Of a stretch of 64,000 nucleotides of DNA, positions 43,411-54,209 are shown piece after piece. Within the stretch, counting starts at the first letter, position 1, and each line of letters begins with the position of its first letter. A program made the position numbers and the translations under genes. Below the pieces are notes generated by a model that made no database searches, had not been told where the DNA came from, and worked only from the letters and a program-made list of their open reading frames with translations. Origin of the DNA: a virus; IMG/VR virus record IMGVR_UViG_3300032401_000001, positions 96,001 to 160,000 of that record; one strand, given 5' to 3'.

Positions 43411-43788
43411 CTACGTGGTGGGTGGTGTAGGTTCCTTGTCGCTGGCTTCCATGATGGCGTCGAGGAACGGCAGCAGCTGGGGCATGACCGCGGCGTGGTA
43501 GCCATACTGGCCGCTGGGGTTCTCGACCAGGTCGTGCAGCCGCTTCCAGTCTTCTTCGGCGAGCTGGACCACGGCTCCGGGTTGCGTCTTCTCGAAGGCC
43601 CGGTCGATGGCCTTGGCCGCTTTGATGGCCTTGTAGTTCTCGGCCCACTTCGGGTTGAAGAGGAGCTTGCCGATGAAGTCGTAGAAGACGACGGGCTTGA
43701 CGATGCCCTTCTCGTCTTTCAGCGGGTCCTTGGTGGTGGGCTCGAGCAGGGTGATGGCGGCGGGGATGGTGATGTACTTGAGCGGCAT
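43411..43788 (-). CDS. hypothetical protein
   Basis: GGAGG SD before MPLKYIT. Confidence 0.7.
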   Translation of the reverse strand: MPLKYITIPAAITLLEPTTKDPLKDEKGIVKPVVFYDFIGKLLFNPKWAENYKAIKAAKAIDRAFEKTQPGAVVQLAEEDWKRLHDLVENPSGQYGYHAAVMPQLLPFLDAIMEASDKEPTPPTT

Positions 43789-43878
43789 GAGTCGGCCTCC
43801 TCTGTGCATGTGATTGCTAAGTCGTTTGGTGAACGTCACGGAAGGAGTTTATCTGACCGACAACGTGGAATGCAAGCG

Positions 43879-44571
43879 TTACGACGCGAGGCCGTAGCCC
43901 TGCTCGTCGTCGATGAGGGCGTTGACGACTTGCTTCACGTTCTCGAGGTCAGCCCGCAGCGCGTTGACCTGGGCGCCGAGGGATGCCACGGCGTCCTTGG
44001 TCGCGTTCTCGCAGCCGGACCCGCCACCCGTGATCGCCGCCAGCGTGGTTCCCGGCGTGCCCCCGGAGCTGTCCGTGAGTGTGGCCGAGGTCAGGTTGCT
44101 CTGCGTCCGGGCCGCCGTGGAGTAGGTCTGGGTGTAGGCACCCGCCTGCACGACAGCGGTGGCTCCCAAGAAGCCGAGCTTGCCGCCCGACTTGCCCAGG
44201 TTCACCTCGGCCGCCGCTGCCCCGATGTTGACCTTGCCGTAGACCCCGGCTCCATCTTTGGCGCCGACGTCGAGGTTGAGATCCCCTGAACCCAGCCCCG
44301 AAGATCCCGAGGCGTCTCCGGTCTTGATGGTCAGGCTCCGGAGGCTGTCGTTGTTCTCGATCTTGAGAACCCGATTGGCGCCCGAGACCAGTGTGACGTC
44401 GGCTACGTCGATGAGCTTCTGATCATTGACGGAGATGTCCCCCGACGCCGCAGCCAGGATGTCCTTGGGGAGCACCTGCTCCCAGTCGGTGTTCCCGCTG
44501 TTGCGCTTGAGCACCCCGTTGCCGATGTCGGTCCCGAGCTCGGTGATGACTCCAAGAAGGACGGTCTTCAT
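43879..44571 (-). CDS. putative head/tail fibre protein
   Basis: Beta-rich body plus a C-terminal coiled coil. Confidence 0.6.
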   Translation of the reverse strand: MKTVLLGVITELGTDIGNGVLKRNSGNTDWEQVLPKDILAAASGDISVNDQKLIDVADVTLVSGANRVLKIENNDSLRSLTIKTGDASGSSGLGSGDLNLDVGAKDGAGVYGKVNIGAAAAEVNLGKSGGKLGFLGATAVVQAGAYTQTYSTAARTQSNLTSATLTDSSGGTPGTTLAAITGGGSGCENATKDAVASLGAQVNALRADLENVKQVVNALIDDEQGYGLAS

Positions 44572-44582
44572 GGTGATCTCCT

Positions 44583-47219
44583 CTAGGCGTTGCCTGAGAC
44601 GGCCTGCATCGTGACGGTGCCGGCCCAGTTGATGGTGACGCTGCTCTTGCCGGTGACCTTGACCTCGACGTCGTTGGTGTTGACGTTGACGCCCACGTCC
44701 CAGTCGGCGTCGGTCTCTTCCGAGAACAGCTCGATGACGTTGCCGAGTACGGCACCACCCGGATTCTGCCGGTAGACGTAGAACGTCCGTCCGTAGTAGG
44801 CCCGCTCGACGCCGGCGGTGTCACGGCCGATGACGCGGACCTCGACCCAGTACAGGGTATCGTCGGCCAGGGTCTTGGACCAGAGCACCGCCGGAGTGAC
44901 CGTCGTGGTCTGGATGGCCCGAGTCTCGGGGATGAAGCCGCTGCCGGCGAAGGCCGAGTGGTTCTTGAAGGTGACGCCGCCGGTGAAGGTGTGGGCGCCG
45001 GTCCAGGTCGGGATGACGGCCTGGTCGAGCGTGAGGGTGCGATTGGCCGAGAGATCACCGCCACCCGAGAGCCCGGTGCCGGTCGAGACCGAGCGCGTCT
45101 CGAAGACGAAGGCGCTGCGGACGGTGCCCGTGGTGATGGTCCCGTAGAACTTGTCGGAGAGGAACTCGATGGCTCCCGCTTCGGGCGCGGTCATCAGGTC
45201 GCCGGAGGTGAGCTTCAGCGGCGCGGTGCTGGCAGCGGTGGTGCCGGCCTTGAGGTGCAGGACGGCAGTGGGGCTGGTGAGGCCGATGCCGACCTTGCCC
45301 GCGTTGTCGATGGTCACCAGCGGATCTACGCTAGACCCGTTCCACTTCGAGAACACCGCCACGTTGGGGCCAGAAGGCCAGGCCGCTGGGGTGTCCATCG
45401 TACCGCCGTGGGCGCGATACTCGAAGGCCGAGGAGCCACTAGAGGGATTGTAGCTGCTGAACTGAGTGCCGTTCCCACCCGAGCCGGTGCGCGTACCCGA
45501 GAACAACAGTCCGCCGGCTCCTGCGGTACTTGGCTCGGAGATACGAGCTACCTCGATCCGCGTGCCCCCCGAGGCGTAGTTGAAGCCCTGGAAGAAGATG
45601 TTGTCGGTATTCGAGATGGCGGAAGAGCGAATGGTGCCAAGAACCTCAAGCTCCTGGTTGGGACTATTCGTGCCGATGCCGACCAAGCCCGTAGACTTGA
45701 TCCACATCTTCGTAATTTCACTCCCTGCCGTGCAGGTGGAGAAGGTCAAGTCGCCGGTGTTGTCTGCTCCGGCACGGAGAGCCTGGATACTCGCGATGAG
45801 GTTCAGGTCTCCGGCCGAGTCTCGGATTGCGAACCCGAGGCCCGCGCCGAATCCATCCACCATGTCGGCGGTGGTTCGGTGCACCGCGTGGAGCCCGGTG
45901 AGGCAGAGATTGGTCGAAGAACTGGTCCGTGTCCCTTGGATCACAGGGACGCCAGAGCTACGAACTTCCAGCGCGGCTCCTGGGTCGATACAGCCGATGC
46001 CGACCTTGCCATCGGAGGTGACCCGCATCTTCTCCGTGCCGACACCCGCAGCAATCGTGTGGACTGCGAAGTCGCCGGTGTCGTCAGTACTGGTACGAAT
46101 ACCCTGGAGTGAGACCACTGCGTTGGACACTCCGGCGCTGTCCCGGACGAGGAACGTCAGGCTGGAGCCGAATCCGCTGACCATGTCCCCGGAGGTGCGG
46201 TGTTCAATCCCGATGCCAGTGGCTACTGAGTTCGTCACGGCACTGGTGCGGGTGCCTTGGATGGCGGGGTAGCTGTCGTTGCGCACTTCCAGGGTGCGGA
46301 CGGGGTCGATGCAGCCGATGCCGACCTTGCTCGTCGTGAGGATAGTCATGGCAGGCACAGCATCGGCCGGTATTCCATCGCTCACGAGGAAGTACAACGG
46401 GAGTGCCGTAGCTGATCCGTTCTTCACGGAGCCGATGAACGCCCCCGGCAGCGTGTTGTGAACCCAACCTATCGTCGGGGCTATGCCGCAGGAGAACATC
46501 GGGCTGTTGCCACTATCGTTGTTGGCGAAGAAGTCGAAGATCCGGTTCTTGTTGGAACCAGTCAACGGCTTCATTGCAAACGACACGTTGGCGATGTCGC
46601 TACGGAAAGAGAACACGCCGGTTGACGACACCAGCGCAAGGAGGTTTCCGCTGGCGTCGATCCACTGCTGCACATCATCGGTGCTGACACCTTTGACTGA
46701 CAACCGGGCTGCGGGGCTGGCCGTGCCGATGCCGACCTTGCCGTCAGAGGTGATCCGCATCCTCTCAGTGAGCACCGTCGGTGCCGCATCGGTCCCCGTC
46801 CAGAAGGTGAGGCGCCCTGGTACGCGGGTCGTGGCCACAGTGCCTTCTGAGGTCGCCTTGATGGCCGCGCCCACCACGTAGCCACCCGCCCCCGAGTAGC
46901 CGGCGAAGCTGATCATGCCCAGGTCATCAGCGGTCGTGATGACGGTCGGCGCGGCGAGGGTGCCCCGAGCCTTCTTGATGGTCAGGTCGGGCGCATCGGT
47001 GTCACCGTACGCTTGCTCCAGCGTCAGGATGGTGCCGCCCGTGGCTCCCGAGGCGAAGTGGCCCAGCGTAGCTGGCGTGAGCGTCCCTACCCCCAGCTTG
47101 CCGCCGACGTAGGCGTCGCCGACCGTCTGGAGGATGCCGACCTTGCAGGTGTCGGCGTCGAGGAACTGCGCCAGGCCCGGAGCCGAAGCGGGGGAGTAGA
47201 CTGGATATGCGGTCGCCAT
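44583..47219 (-). CDS. long tail fibre protein
   Basis: 878 aa with multiple EKMRITSDGKVGIG-type repeats. Confidence 0.75.
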   Translation of the reverse strand: MATAYPVYSPASAPGLAQFLDADTCKVGILQTVGDAYVGGKLGVGTLTPATLGHFASGATGGTILTLEQAYGDTDAPDLTIKKARGTLAAPTVITTADDLGMISFAGYSGAGGYVVGAAIKATSEGTVATTRVPGRLTFWTGTDAAPTVLTERMRITSDGKVGIGTASPAARLSVKGVSTDDVQQWIDASGNLLALVSSTGVFSFRSDIANVSFAMKPLTGSNKNRIFDFFANNDSGNSPMFSCGIAPTIGWVHNTLPGAFIGSVKNGSATALPLYFLVSDGIPADAVPAMTILTTSKVGIGCIDPVRTLEVRNDSYPAIQGTRTSAVTNSVATGIGIEHRTSGDMVSGFGSSLTFLVRDSAGVSNAVVSLQGIRTSTDDTGDFAVHTIAAGVGTEKMRVTSDGKVGIGCIDPGAALEVRSSGVPVIQGTRTSSSTNLCLTGLHAVHRTTADMVDGFGAGLGFAIRDSAGDLNLIASIQALRAGADNTGDLTFSTCTAGSEITKMWIKSTGLVGIGTNSPNQELEVLGTIRSSAISNTDNIFFQGFNYASGGTRIEVARISEPSTAGAGGLLFSGTRTGSGGNGTQFSSYNPSSGSSAFEYRAHGGTMDTPAAWPSGPNVAVFSKWNGSSVDPLVTIDNAGKVGIGLTSPTAVLHLKAGTTAASTAPLKLTSGDLMTAPEAGAIEFLSDKFYGTITTGTVRSAFVFETRSVSTGTGLSGGGDLSANRTLTLDQAVIPTWTGAHTFTGGVTFKNHSAFAGSGFIPETRAIQTTTVTPAVLWSKTLADDTLYWVEVRVIGRDTAGVERAYYGRTFYVYRQNPGGAVLGNVIELFSEETDADWDVGVNVNTNDVEVKVTGKSSVTINWAGTVTMQAVSGNA

Positions 47220-47263
47220 CAGTTCACCTCTCTGGAAGCACGCCGGTTCGCCATGTCAGTGTC

Positions 47264-48643
47264 CTACCAATCGCCTGGCATCACGATGTTGGTGAAGGCA
47301 GGCAACCACGCACCTCCGCCACTCTGATCCGCACCAGGGTAGTCCCCAATAGTGGCACCTCCGGTGGTCATCTTGCGAAAGCGAGTACTCCACTTGAGCC
47401 ACAGGTTAGTGCCGTCAAAGAACACACCAGACGAACTGTCTGGCACGGTGTATCGGTCTACACGAACCATGTCGGAGAGTCGGATCTTGTCGAGCCGAAC
47501 CCAACCAGAGTGGTCTGTGTCCATATTAGCAGTGAGCCACAGGTACGTCCCATCCCAGGCGGCTTGTCCTTGTTGGGGTCCGCCTTGGTAGGAACCATAC
47601 GTGGTGACGGCGAAGTCGGAGATGCGTACCTTGCGAACGTAGTAGCTGACGTTGACCCCGCCCCCATTCCAGTTGTACTTGACGACCCAGATGTTGGTCT
47701 TGTCGGACACCAGGGGGTAGGAGCCATAGCTATAATCAGGTTCAACACTACCCAAAACGGCGCCATCAGAAACGCGAACCTTGACCAAGTATGTGTACGA
47801 GCTAACCCAGATGTTTCCTACGCCGTCGTAGATTATGTTTGAGGCCCCGTGGGGCAATGAGACACTCCGCACTGGACTCAGGTTGATGTCGATGCAACGT
47901 AGTTGAGAATCGGTGACGTTTGTCGAGTACCAGTAGTTGATTCCGTCGAAAGCGATTTGACCTGCTTGACCGCCAGCAGAAGCGCCTCGATCCATTCCCC
48001 CGAGGCGGGCTCCAGTAACGGCATCGAGCTTGATGATGGTGTCCGTACCCTGAGCGTAGTAGGATCCCCAGACGTTGCCCTTGCCGTCGTTGAGGAGACT
48101 ACACCCGTAGTCGTTGTAGTTCAGTCCCGGCTGTACTTGGCGAGTGAGCGCACCACTGCTCACCAAGAGTTGAGAGAAACCGTGGTTGCTGGTGGGGCTG
48201 TTCGTCATCCACAAGTACGGAGGCGGTGTCGCCGGCAACGCGATGACTGGCTTCTGCTGCAACAGCACCTTCCGGTTGGCGAAGTCCACTACCACACCGA
48301 CCTCGTGCACCATGTCCATCGTCGGCTTCGTAGTCGTGAGTTGGCCGGCGGTGCTGGAGAGATAGACGGCATCACCGTTCGCCGTCGGCGCAATCTTGAA
48401 CGTTGCAACGACCACGCCTTCGCGCACCACAGATCCGGTCTCCGCGAAGACCCCCACGATGGGGCTGGTGCTGGTGTTCACCGCCTTGGAGAGGGTCAGG
48501 TTCGCCGTGACCTGAACCACATCGCCAGCGGCCAGGCCCGTGGTCGTCAGGCCGGCATGGGCGATCACATCGGCCCGGAGCGTGTCGGTGCCGAGGACTC
48601 CCGCGAGGCCGGACTTGATGACGAGTGGGTCGTACTGAGCCAT
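47264..48643 (-). CDS. fibre-tip/receptor-binding paralog 3 (beta-propeller)
   Basis: Conserved N-module plus repeated FDGxxxW blades. Confidence 0.7.
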   Translation of the reverse strand: MAQYDPLVIKSGLAGVLGTDTLRADVIAHAGLTTTGLAAGDVVQVTANLTLSKAVNTSTSPIVGVFAETGSVVREGVVVATFKIAPTANGDAVYLSSTAGQLTTTKPTMDMVHEVGVVVDFANRKVLLQQKPVIALPATPPPYLWMTNSPTSNHGFSQLLVSSGALTRQVQPGLNYNDYGCSLLNDGKGNVWGSYYAQGTDTIIKLDAVTGARLGGMDRGASAGGQAGQIAFDGINYWYSTNVTDSQLRCIDINLSPVRSVSLPHGASNIIYDGVGNIWVSSYTYLVKVRVSDGAVLGSVEPDYSYGSYPLVSDKTNIWVVKYNWNGGGVNVSYYVRKVRISDFAVTTYGSYQGGPQQGQAAWDGTYLWLTANMDTDHSGWVRLDKIRLSDMVRVDRYTVPDSSSGVFFDGTNLWLKWSTRFRKMTTGGATIGDYPGADQSGGGAWLPAFTNIVMPGDW

Positions 48644-50001
48644 TAGGTCCCTGGTAGATTGGGCAAGATGTTGGCCGTGGAGCAACCGTGCTTGTGGCCG
48701 TTGGCGGAAGCGTCCTGAATGTACGTGCCAATGTAGCTACGATCAGACGCGAGCCACTTGTGCCAGCCGTAGTTTGGCCCCAGACTGAATGCGTGTTGCA
48801 TCCAGAGCCAGGTGCCATCGAACACGACTGATACGTTGCCGCTAGTGGCACTGCCAGCCTCTACATCAGCGACGAAAGAACCATCAGCTTCATTCCAGAC
48901 GCGCATGTAGTCGACGCCCACAGCTTGGTAGATGCGGGTGCCGTCATAGGCTGGCGTACCTCCCCAGGTCCAACCGTTGGTGTACGTCCCCACTACCGCA
49001 GCGGTGGACAAGAGAATCTTCTTGACGCCGCCATCGTAGCCTCCCCAGAGATGGGTCTTGGTGGAGCACATGCCGGTAAGCTCTACGCCAAGGCCAACAC
49101 TGGCCGTGATTACACCGTCTGAGATGCGCATCTTGTAGAGGGTGTAGGAGTAGGTGGATTGCATCCACACGCTGCCGACACCGTCGTAGCAGAGGATGCC
49201 GCCAACGTAGTGGTCACCACCGTAGGAGTACGTGGCTGCGACGGTACCGTCGGCGATGTTGACCTTGTAGACGTTGTGGTTGTTGACGAAACTGCTCGCC
49301 GTCCAGATGTACGTGCCGTCGAAGGTACAGCCGCCGTACCTGAAGTTGCCGTAGTAGGGGCCGGAGTACGCCAACGTGGTGGCGTTGATCTTCCATAGGA
49401 AGCCCGGGTCAGAGGTCGATGAGAGCCAGATGGAGGTGCCGTCGTACGTCGGCCACACGAGGGACTCGCCAAAACCTTGACTGGGAAGAGTGACCTGATC
49501 GATGTAGACGGCGTCGATGACACGCCGCTTGTGCAGCGTTCGACCAGAACCTGCCGTAAAGAGGTAGACCGGAGGTGTTACGGGTAGCGCTAGGACTGGC
49601 TTCTGCTGGAGCAGAATCTTGGCCGATGCTGCATCAACCACCACGCCCACCTCGTGGAGCATGTCCATGGTCGGCTTGACGTTCGTCAGGGCACCGGCCG
49701 TTGAAGACAGCCACACCGTGTCCCCATTGGCGAGGGTCACGCCGGCCTTCATGGTGGCGACGACGACCCCCTTCCGCACCACCGAGTTCGTCTCCCCGTC
49801 GAAGATGCCGACGATGGGCGAGGTCGAGGTGTTCACCGCCTTGCCTAGCGTCAGCGCTCCCGACACCTGGCAGGCATCACCGGAGGCCGGGCCGGTGATG
49901 GTCAAGCCAGCGGCGGCCAGACGGTCGGCCCGTAGGGAGTCGGTGCCGAGGACCGTCAAGATGCCGGACTTGATCGCGATGGGGTCGTACTGGTTCGCCA
50001 T
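48643..50001 (-). CDS. fibre-tip/receptor-binding paralog 2 (beta-propeller)
   Basis: MANQYDPIAIKSG start; TAATG/TGATG coupling. Confidence 0.7.
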   Translation of the reverse strand: MANQYDPIAIKSGILTVLGTDSLRADRLAAAGLTITGPASGDACQVSGALTLGKAVNTSTSPIVGIFDGETNSVVRKGVVVATMKAGVTLANGDTVWLSSTAGALTNVKPTMDMLHEVGVVVDAASAKILLQQKPVLALPVTPPVYLFTAGSGRTLHKRRVIDAVYIDQVTLPSQGFGESLVWPTYDGTSIWLSSTSDPGFLWKINATTLAYSGPYYGNFRYGGCTFDGTYIWTASSFVNNHNVYKVNIADGTVAATYSYGGDHYVGGILCYDGVGSVWMQSTYSYTLYKMRISDGVITASVGLGVELTGMCSTKTHLWGGYDGGVKKILLSTAAVVGTYTNGWTWGGTPAYDGTRIYQAVGVDYMRVWNEADGSFVADVEAGSATSGNVSVVFDGTWLWMQHAFSLGPNYGWHKWLASDRSYIGTYIQDASANGHKHGCSTANILPNLPGT

Positions 50002-51326
50002 CAGATCACCAAAGGCTTGTTGGCACAGGTCCAGTAGGCTTGGCTGGACCCATTGTAGCCCCCGACGTAGGCACCGCCGAGCGTGTAGTACAGCGTCGCG
50101 TAGGGGTTGTGGGCGCTGTTGCCGACGTAGAACCAGAGGTACGGATCGACGTAGGCTACGCTCTTGGGGCCGTAGTCCCACGACGAGACCCCGATCTCGC
50201 CGAGGTCGGTGCCGTCTGCCTCGGTCCAGCGGTGCAGGAACCCACGGGTGCTGGGCTGCCAGATGCGCGTGCCGTCGAACGTAGGCCAGTAACCTCGGTT
50301 GCGACCATTCGACCAGTTGCCTAGCTGTGTTCCGTCGGAGACGCGCACCTTGTAGACGTGCGAGTCACACCCGATCCACAGGTTCGCTCCAGCCAAGCAG
50401 AACCCTGCGGGTGCCGAGAGCAGCGGCTCCCAGGTGCTCATCACTGCGTGATCGGAGATGCGGATGCGCTGCACCTTCTGGTAACCGTAGCTCGTGACCG
50501 CGACCCACAGGTAGCCGGTACGGTCGGAGAAGATCGCGGTCATGCCGGGGTGGCCCGAACCCCAGGAGTCCAGTACGTTGCCGTTGAGGTCCCACTTCTG
50601 AATCTCTCCAGCGTTCAACTCGTTGGCGACCCAGATGTACGTTCCGTCGAAGCTGATGGTGGGAAGGCCGAGCGAGGTGCTGTACTCGGTGATCGCTCCC
50701 GTTTCGCAGTTGATCTTGCAGACCTTACTACCCGTCGAAAAATCACCATAGGCGAACCAGATGTACGTGCCATCAAACCAACCCGGACTATAGTCGTTGC
50801 CACCGCTACCCGAGGCGGGGATGGTGTACCAAGTCGGGGTGCCATCGGAGAGCTTGGTCTTGAGTACTGTCCTTGAGAAACCGGACTGGTAGATTGACGC
50901 TGGCGGAGATGCCGGCAGCGCGATCACGGGCTTCTGTTGCAGCAGCACTTTCTTCGAAGGAACATCGACGACGACACCGACTTCGTGGATCATGTCCTTC
51001 GTCGGCTTCACGTTGGTCAACTGCCCTGCCGTGCTCGACAAGTAGACGGCCTCGCCAGCGGTGGTTGGGCCGCTCTTGAACGTCGCAACGACCACACCCT
51101 CTCGCACCACCGAGCCCGTCACCCCGTCGTAGATGCCGATGACCGGACTCGTGCTGGTGTTCACCGCCTTCTGGAGCGTGAGCGCCCCGGAGACCTGGCA
51201 GGCATCGCCCGAGGCCAGGCCGGTAGTCGTCAGCCCGGCCGGCGCCCCCCGATCAGCACGCAAGGTGTCCACCCCGATGATGGTCGGGATGCCGGACTTG
51301 ATGACGAGGCCGTCGTACTGACCCAT
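50001..51326 (-). CDS. fibre-tip/receptor-binding paralog 1 (beta-propeller)
   Basis: MGQYDGLVIKSG start; FDGTYIW repeats. Confidence 0.7.
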   Translation of the reverse strand: MGQYDGLVIKSGIPTIIGVDTLRADRGAPAGLTTTGLASGDACQVSGALTLQKAVNTSTSPVIGIYDGVTGSVVREGVVVATFKSGPTTAGEAVYLSSTAGQLTNVKPTKDMIHEVGVVVDVPSKKVLLQQKPVIALPASPPASIYQSGFSRTVLKTKLSDGTPTWYTIPASGSGGNDYSPGWFDGTYIWFAYGDFSTGSKVCKINCETGAITEYSTSLGLPTISFDGTYIWVANELNAGEIQKWDLNGNVLDSWGSGHPGMTAIFSDRTGYLWVAVTSYGYQKVQRIRISDHAVMSTWEPLLSAPAGFCLAGANLWIGCDSHVYKVRVSDGTQLGNWSNGRNRGYWPTFDGTRIWQPSTRGFLHRWTEADGTDLGEIGVSSWDYGPKSVAYVDPYLWFYVGNSAHNPYATLYYTLGGAYVGGYNGSSQAYWTCANKPLVI

Positions 51327-51332
51327 GGCGTC

Positions 51333-53627
51333 CTACTGCTGGAACTCGTCGCCGACGTGGATGCTGACCTCGGCCGTGGCGCCGATGCCCACCAGATAGC
51401 CCACCCGCAGTAGGACCGTGCCGGCTCCTGGCGCCGTCAGGGTCACGGCTCCGGCCGTCGCACTCAGGTACACCGGCTTGCCGAAGTCGGCGATGGCCGG
51501 GGCGGTGCCGGTGAAGGTCATCTTGTAGACCCCCGCCATGACGATGGTGGCTGCATTGCCGGCGGTGTTGCCGGTGACGACGACGCCGACCACACGAGAC
51601 GTACTCTCGGCGGCGTTGGTGGCCTTCTTGAGCCGGCCCGAGGTGCCGCCCTCGCAGTAGGCGTAGACGACGTCGTACTGGGCCAGGGTCTCGCCAGCGG
51701 TGTAGGAGTAGTAGCCCAGTGCTCCTGTGATGTTAAGGTCACCGTTGAGGATGATCTTGCCATCGTGTTGAATGGTTAGACGGGACACTGGGCCGGTGAC
51801 GTCACGAATGGTGAATTTGTCGTTGCCGCTCAGATCGACATTGGTGCCAAAGTCCCAACCTACCTCTGTTCCAGAGTTACGGAGTAGCTGAAGCAAGGCA
51901 CGCCCGGTCGAGCCGTTCCCGGTAGAGGTGAGGACCATGTTGGAGATCGTGGTGGTCTTGATTTGGACATCGCCACGTACATCTAGCAAGGTATCCGGCG
52001 CATCAGTGCCCAGTCCGAATCTACTCGTACTGCCTTTGAAGATGCCGATCAGTGACGCCACACCAGCGGTGCTTTTCGCGATGACGAAGTCCTTGGTGTT
52101 TGTGGTGATGATGAACCCGCGATTCTGGAGCACAGTATCAGCCGAGTAGCCGCTGTTGCCGATCCCGAAAGAGCAGCCAGCAAGGCCATCATGCTGAAGG
52201 CAAACCACAGAAGAAGAACCGGTGGAGTTCGTATTCTTGGTAACAATGCCGTTGGTGGCTCCGGCGGTTGCGCTGACCACGTCAAGCTGGCAGCTGGGAG
52301 TCGCAGTGCCGATGCCCAACCGCTTGTTGCTGTTGTCCCAGAAGAAGTTGCTGGCATCGGTCGCCAGCACTCCCGTCGCGCTGGCGAAGGTCACCCCACC
52401 CGTGGCGATGTTGTGCAGCCCTACATGCTCTGCCGACGTCAGATGGTAGTACTGCCCGCTCGTCCCGCCATCCAGCCCGGTGAGCGCGTTGTGCATCGAG
52501 ATGGTGTTGGAGAAGACCTGGAAGTCGATGGCGTCGGTGCCGACGATGTCGAGGGGCTTGTCGGTGTAGCAGAACCAGGAAGTGTCCTGGTTGAGCGTGC
52601 CGAGGTCGACGAAGCAGGCAGTGGTGGCCGCGTCCGCGCCAGCCGGCAGGTCAATGGCGCGGGTCCAGGCGGCGCCGGTGTGCGCCACCCAGATGCCGTT
52701 CTCGACGTGGTTCGTCTGGTTCTTGAGGAGGACGCGGTCCAGCTCGGTGGTAGTGAAGCCGTCGATGGCCTGGTCCCCACTCAGCGTGACGTTGCCGCCG
52801 GCGACGGTGGAGGCGTACTTCACCATCGCCTTCCAGCTGAGGCCGGTGAGCAGCCCGTCGACGTAGCCCTTGGTGGTGAGGTGCGTCGAGAGCGTGGGCG
52901 TGGCGCCGATGACGACCCCCGTCACCGTGAGCGCGCCGGCCATGGTGACCGTGCCATCGCTGTTGACGGCGAAGTGGGACGTGATCCCGGTGCTGTTCTG
53001 CACCGCGAAGAGGGCCTCACCAAGGCCAGCCAGCGTGTCGCGGATCAGGATGCCCTTGCCCGAGGCACTGAGGGCGATGACCTGCGGGCCGGCACCACCA
53101 TCGGTGTAGGCGCCCTGCAGCGTCTTGACGGTAGTCGGGGGTGCAATCCACTCGAGGCCCGTAGTTGTGGAGAGGTTGACCGACAGCAACTGTCCGGCGG
53201 TGCCGACGGGGAAACGGGCGTCGACAGTGGCGGTGCGGGTGTAGAGGTCACCCTTGGCGGTCAGGGGGCTGATGCTGGCGTGCGTGTCGACGTAGTTGCG
53301 AGTGGCGAGGTGCGTGGAGAGCGTGGGTTCAGCCGCGGTGATGGTGCCGCCGAAGTGAAACGCGGTCGGTCCAACCAGGCGCATGACGCCGGTGTTCTGC
53401 AGCCACCAGTAGGCGTCAGCATCGCTGGGCGCCGGGTCACTAGCCTGTTCGGCGAGTCCTTGAAAGACGCCAGTGCGCAGCGCGGCACGTACGTCGTACG
53501 AGGCTTGGATGTGTTCGTTCCAGTGGGCCGCGGGGAGGTACTTGCTGAGGTCGGCGCCCGGCGGCGTTGGAACGAGGTCGGTCTTGCTGCCGGGAAGCGT
53601 CGTGAGATCGTAAACGAAGTTCGACAT
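51333..53627 (-). CDS. tail/head fibre protein
   Basis: TLSTHLxTxxYVD repeats, GIGT repeats, C-terminal decoration-like module. Confidence 0.7.
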   Translation of the reverse strand: MSNFVYDLTTLPGSKTDLVPTPPGADLSKYLPAAHWNEHIQASYDVRAALRTGVFQGLAEQASDPAPSDADAYWWLQNTGVMRLVGPTAFHFGGTITAAEPTLSTHLATRNYVDTHASISPLTAKGDLYTRTATVDARFPVGTAGQLLSVNLSTTTGLEWIAPPTTVKTLQGAYTDGGAGPQVIALSASGKGILIRDTLAGLGEALFAVQNSTGITSHFAVNSDGTVTMAGALTVTGVVIGATPTLSTHLTTKGYVDGLLTGLSWKAMVKYASTVAGGNVTLSGDQAIDGFTTTELDRVLLKNQTNHVENGIWVAHTGAAWTRAIDLPAGADAATTACFVDLGTLNQDTSWFCYTDKPLDIVGTDAIDFQVFSNTISMHNALTGLDGGTSGQYYHLTSAEHVGLHNIATGGVTFASATGVLATDASNFFWDNSNKRLGIGTATPSCQLDVVSATAGATNGIVTKNTNSTGSSSVVCLQHDGLAGCSFGIGNSGYSADTVLQNRGFIITTNTKDFVIAKSTAGVASLIGIFKGSTSRFGLGTDAPDTLLDVRGDVQIKTTTISNMVLTSTGNGSTGRALLQLLRNSGTEVGWDFGTNVDLSGNDKFTIRDVTGPVSRLTIQHDGKIILNGDLNITGALGYYSYTAGETLAQYDVVYAYCEGGTSGRLKKATNAAESTSRVVGVVVTGNTAGNAATIVMAGVYKMTFTGTAPAIADFGKPVYLSATAGAVTLTAPGAGTVLLRVGYLVGIGATAEVSIHVGDEFQQ

Positions 53628-53714
53628 CAGCGGCTCCTCGCGCGGCGACTGCCTACTATTCTAGGCTTGTTGGGAGACGAGCGAAAGCTCGACGGTTTAC
53701 CGCGTAAAGATGCG

Positions 53715-54209
53715 TCACCGAGGGCGACTATCTTCGCGCAGCAGGAACGTGTACAGGTCGGCCGGCGTCATGTTCTCCGGCACCCAGTACTCCGTCCCCG
53801 GGTAGTAGGACCAGCGCAACACTTGGGCGACGAACTCGGAACAGAACATGGCCTGAGCCTTGTTCCACGGGTTCTTGAGCTTCTGCCGGCACCAGCGGCC
53901 GAGCAGGACCCACAACATGCCGAAGAGGCCCCCGAAGTCGTAGGTGGACCCGAGCGTCTCGCCGACCTTGGCGAAGCCTTGCTTGAGGCTGTGACTGGGG
54001 ATGAAGACGCGCACGACACTGTTGTGCTGCTTGAAGACCTCGTAGGGGACGATGCGGACACCTTCGAGCGTGGCCTCGAGCACCATCTCCTGGGCAAAGT
54101 CCAGGTCGTAGTACAAGATCCAGGCGTGGCTTACCGGAGCCTTCGTGAACCAGCGGATGATTCGCGAGAGCCAGGCCTTGGTAGTGGAGAAGCCAATGCG
54201 GTCGTTCAC
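53715..54209 (-). CDS. permuted papain-like amidase (YiiX/YebB-like NlpC/P60)
   Basis: SHAWI near the N-terminus; YDFGG and FCSEFV near the C-terminus. Confidence 0.75.
   Translation of the reverse strand: MNDRIGFSTTKAWLSRIIRWFTKAPVSHAWILYYDLDFAQEMVLEATLEGVRIVPYEVFKQHNSVVRVFIPSHSLKQGFAKVGETLGSTYDFGGLFGMLWVLLGRWCRQKLKNPWNKAQAMFCSEFVAQVLRWSYYPGTEYWVPENMTPADLYTFLLREDSRPR

Noticed and set aside
47264-51326. Diversity-generating retroelement or invertible tail-fibre switch
   Set aside because: There is no reverse transcriptase or recombinase, no adenine-specific TR/VR pair was seen, and all copies have the same orientation.
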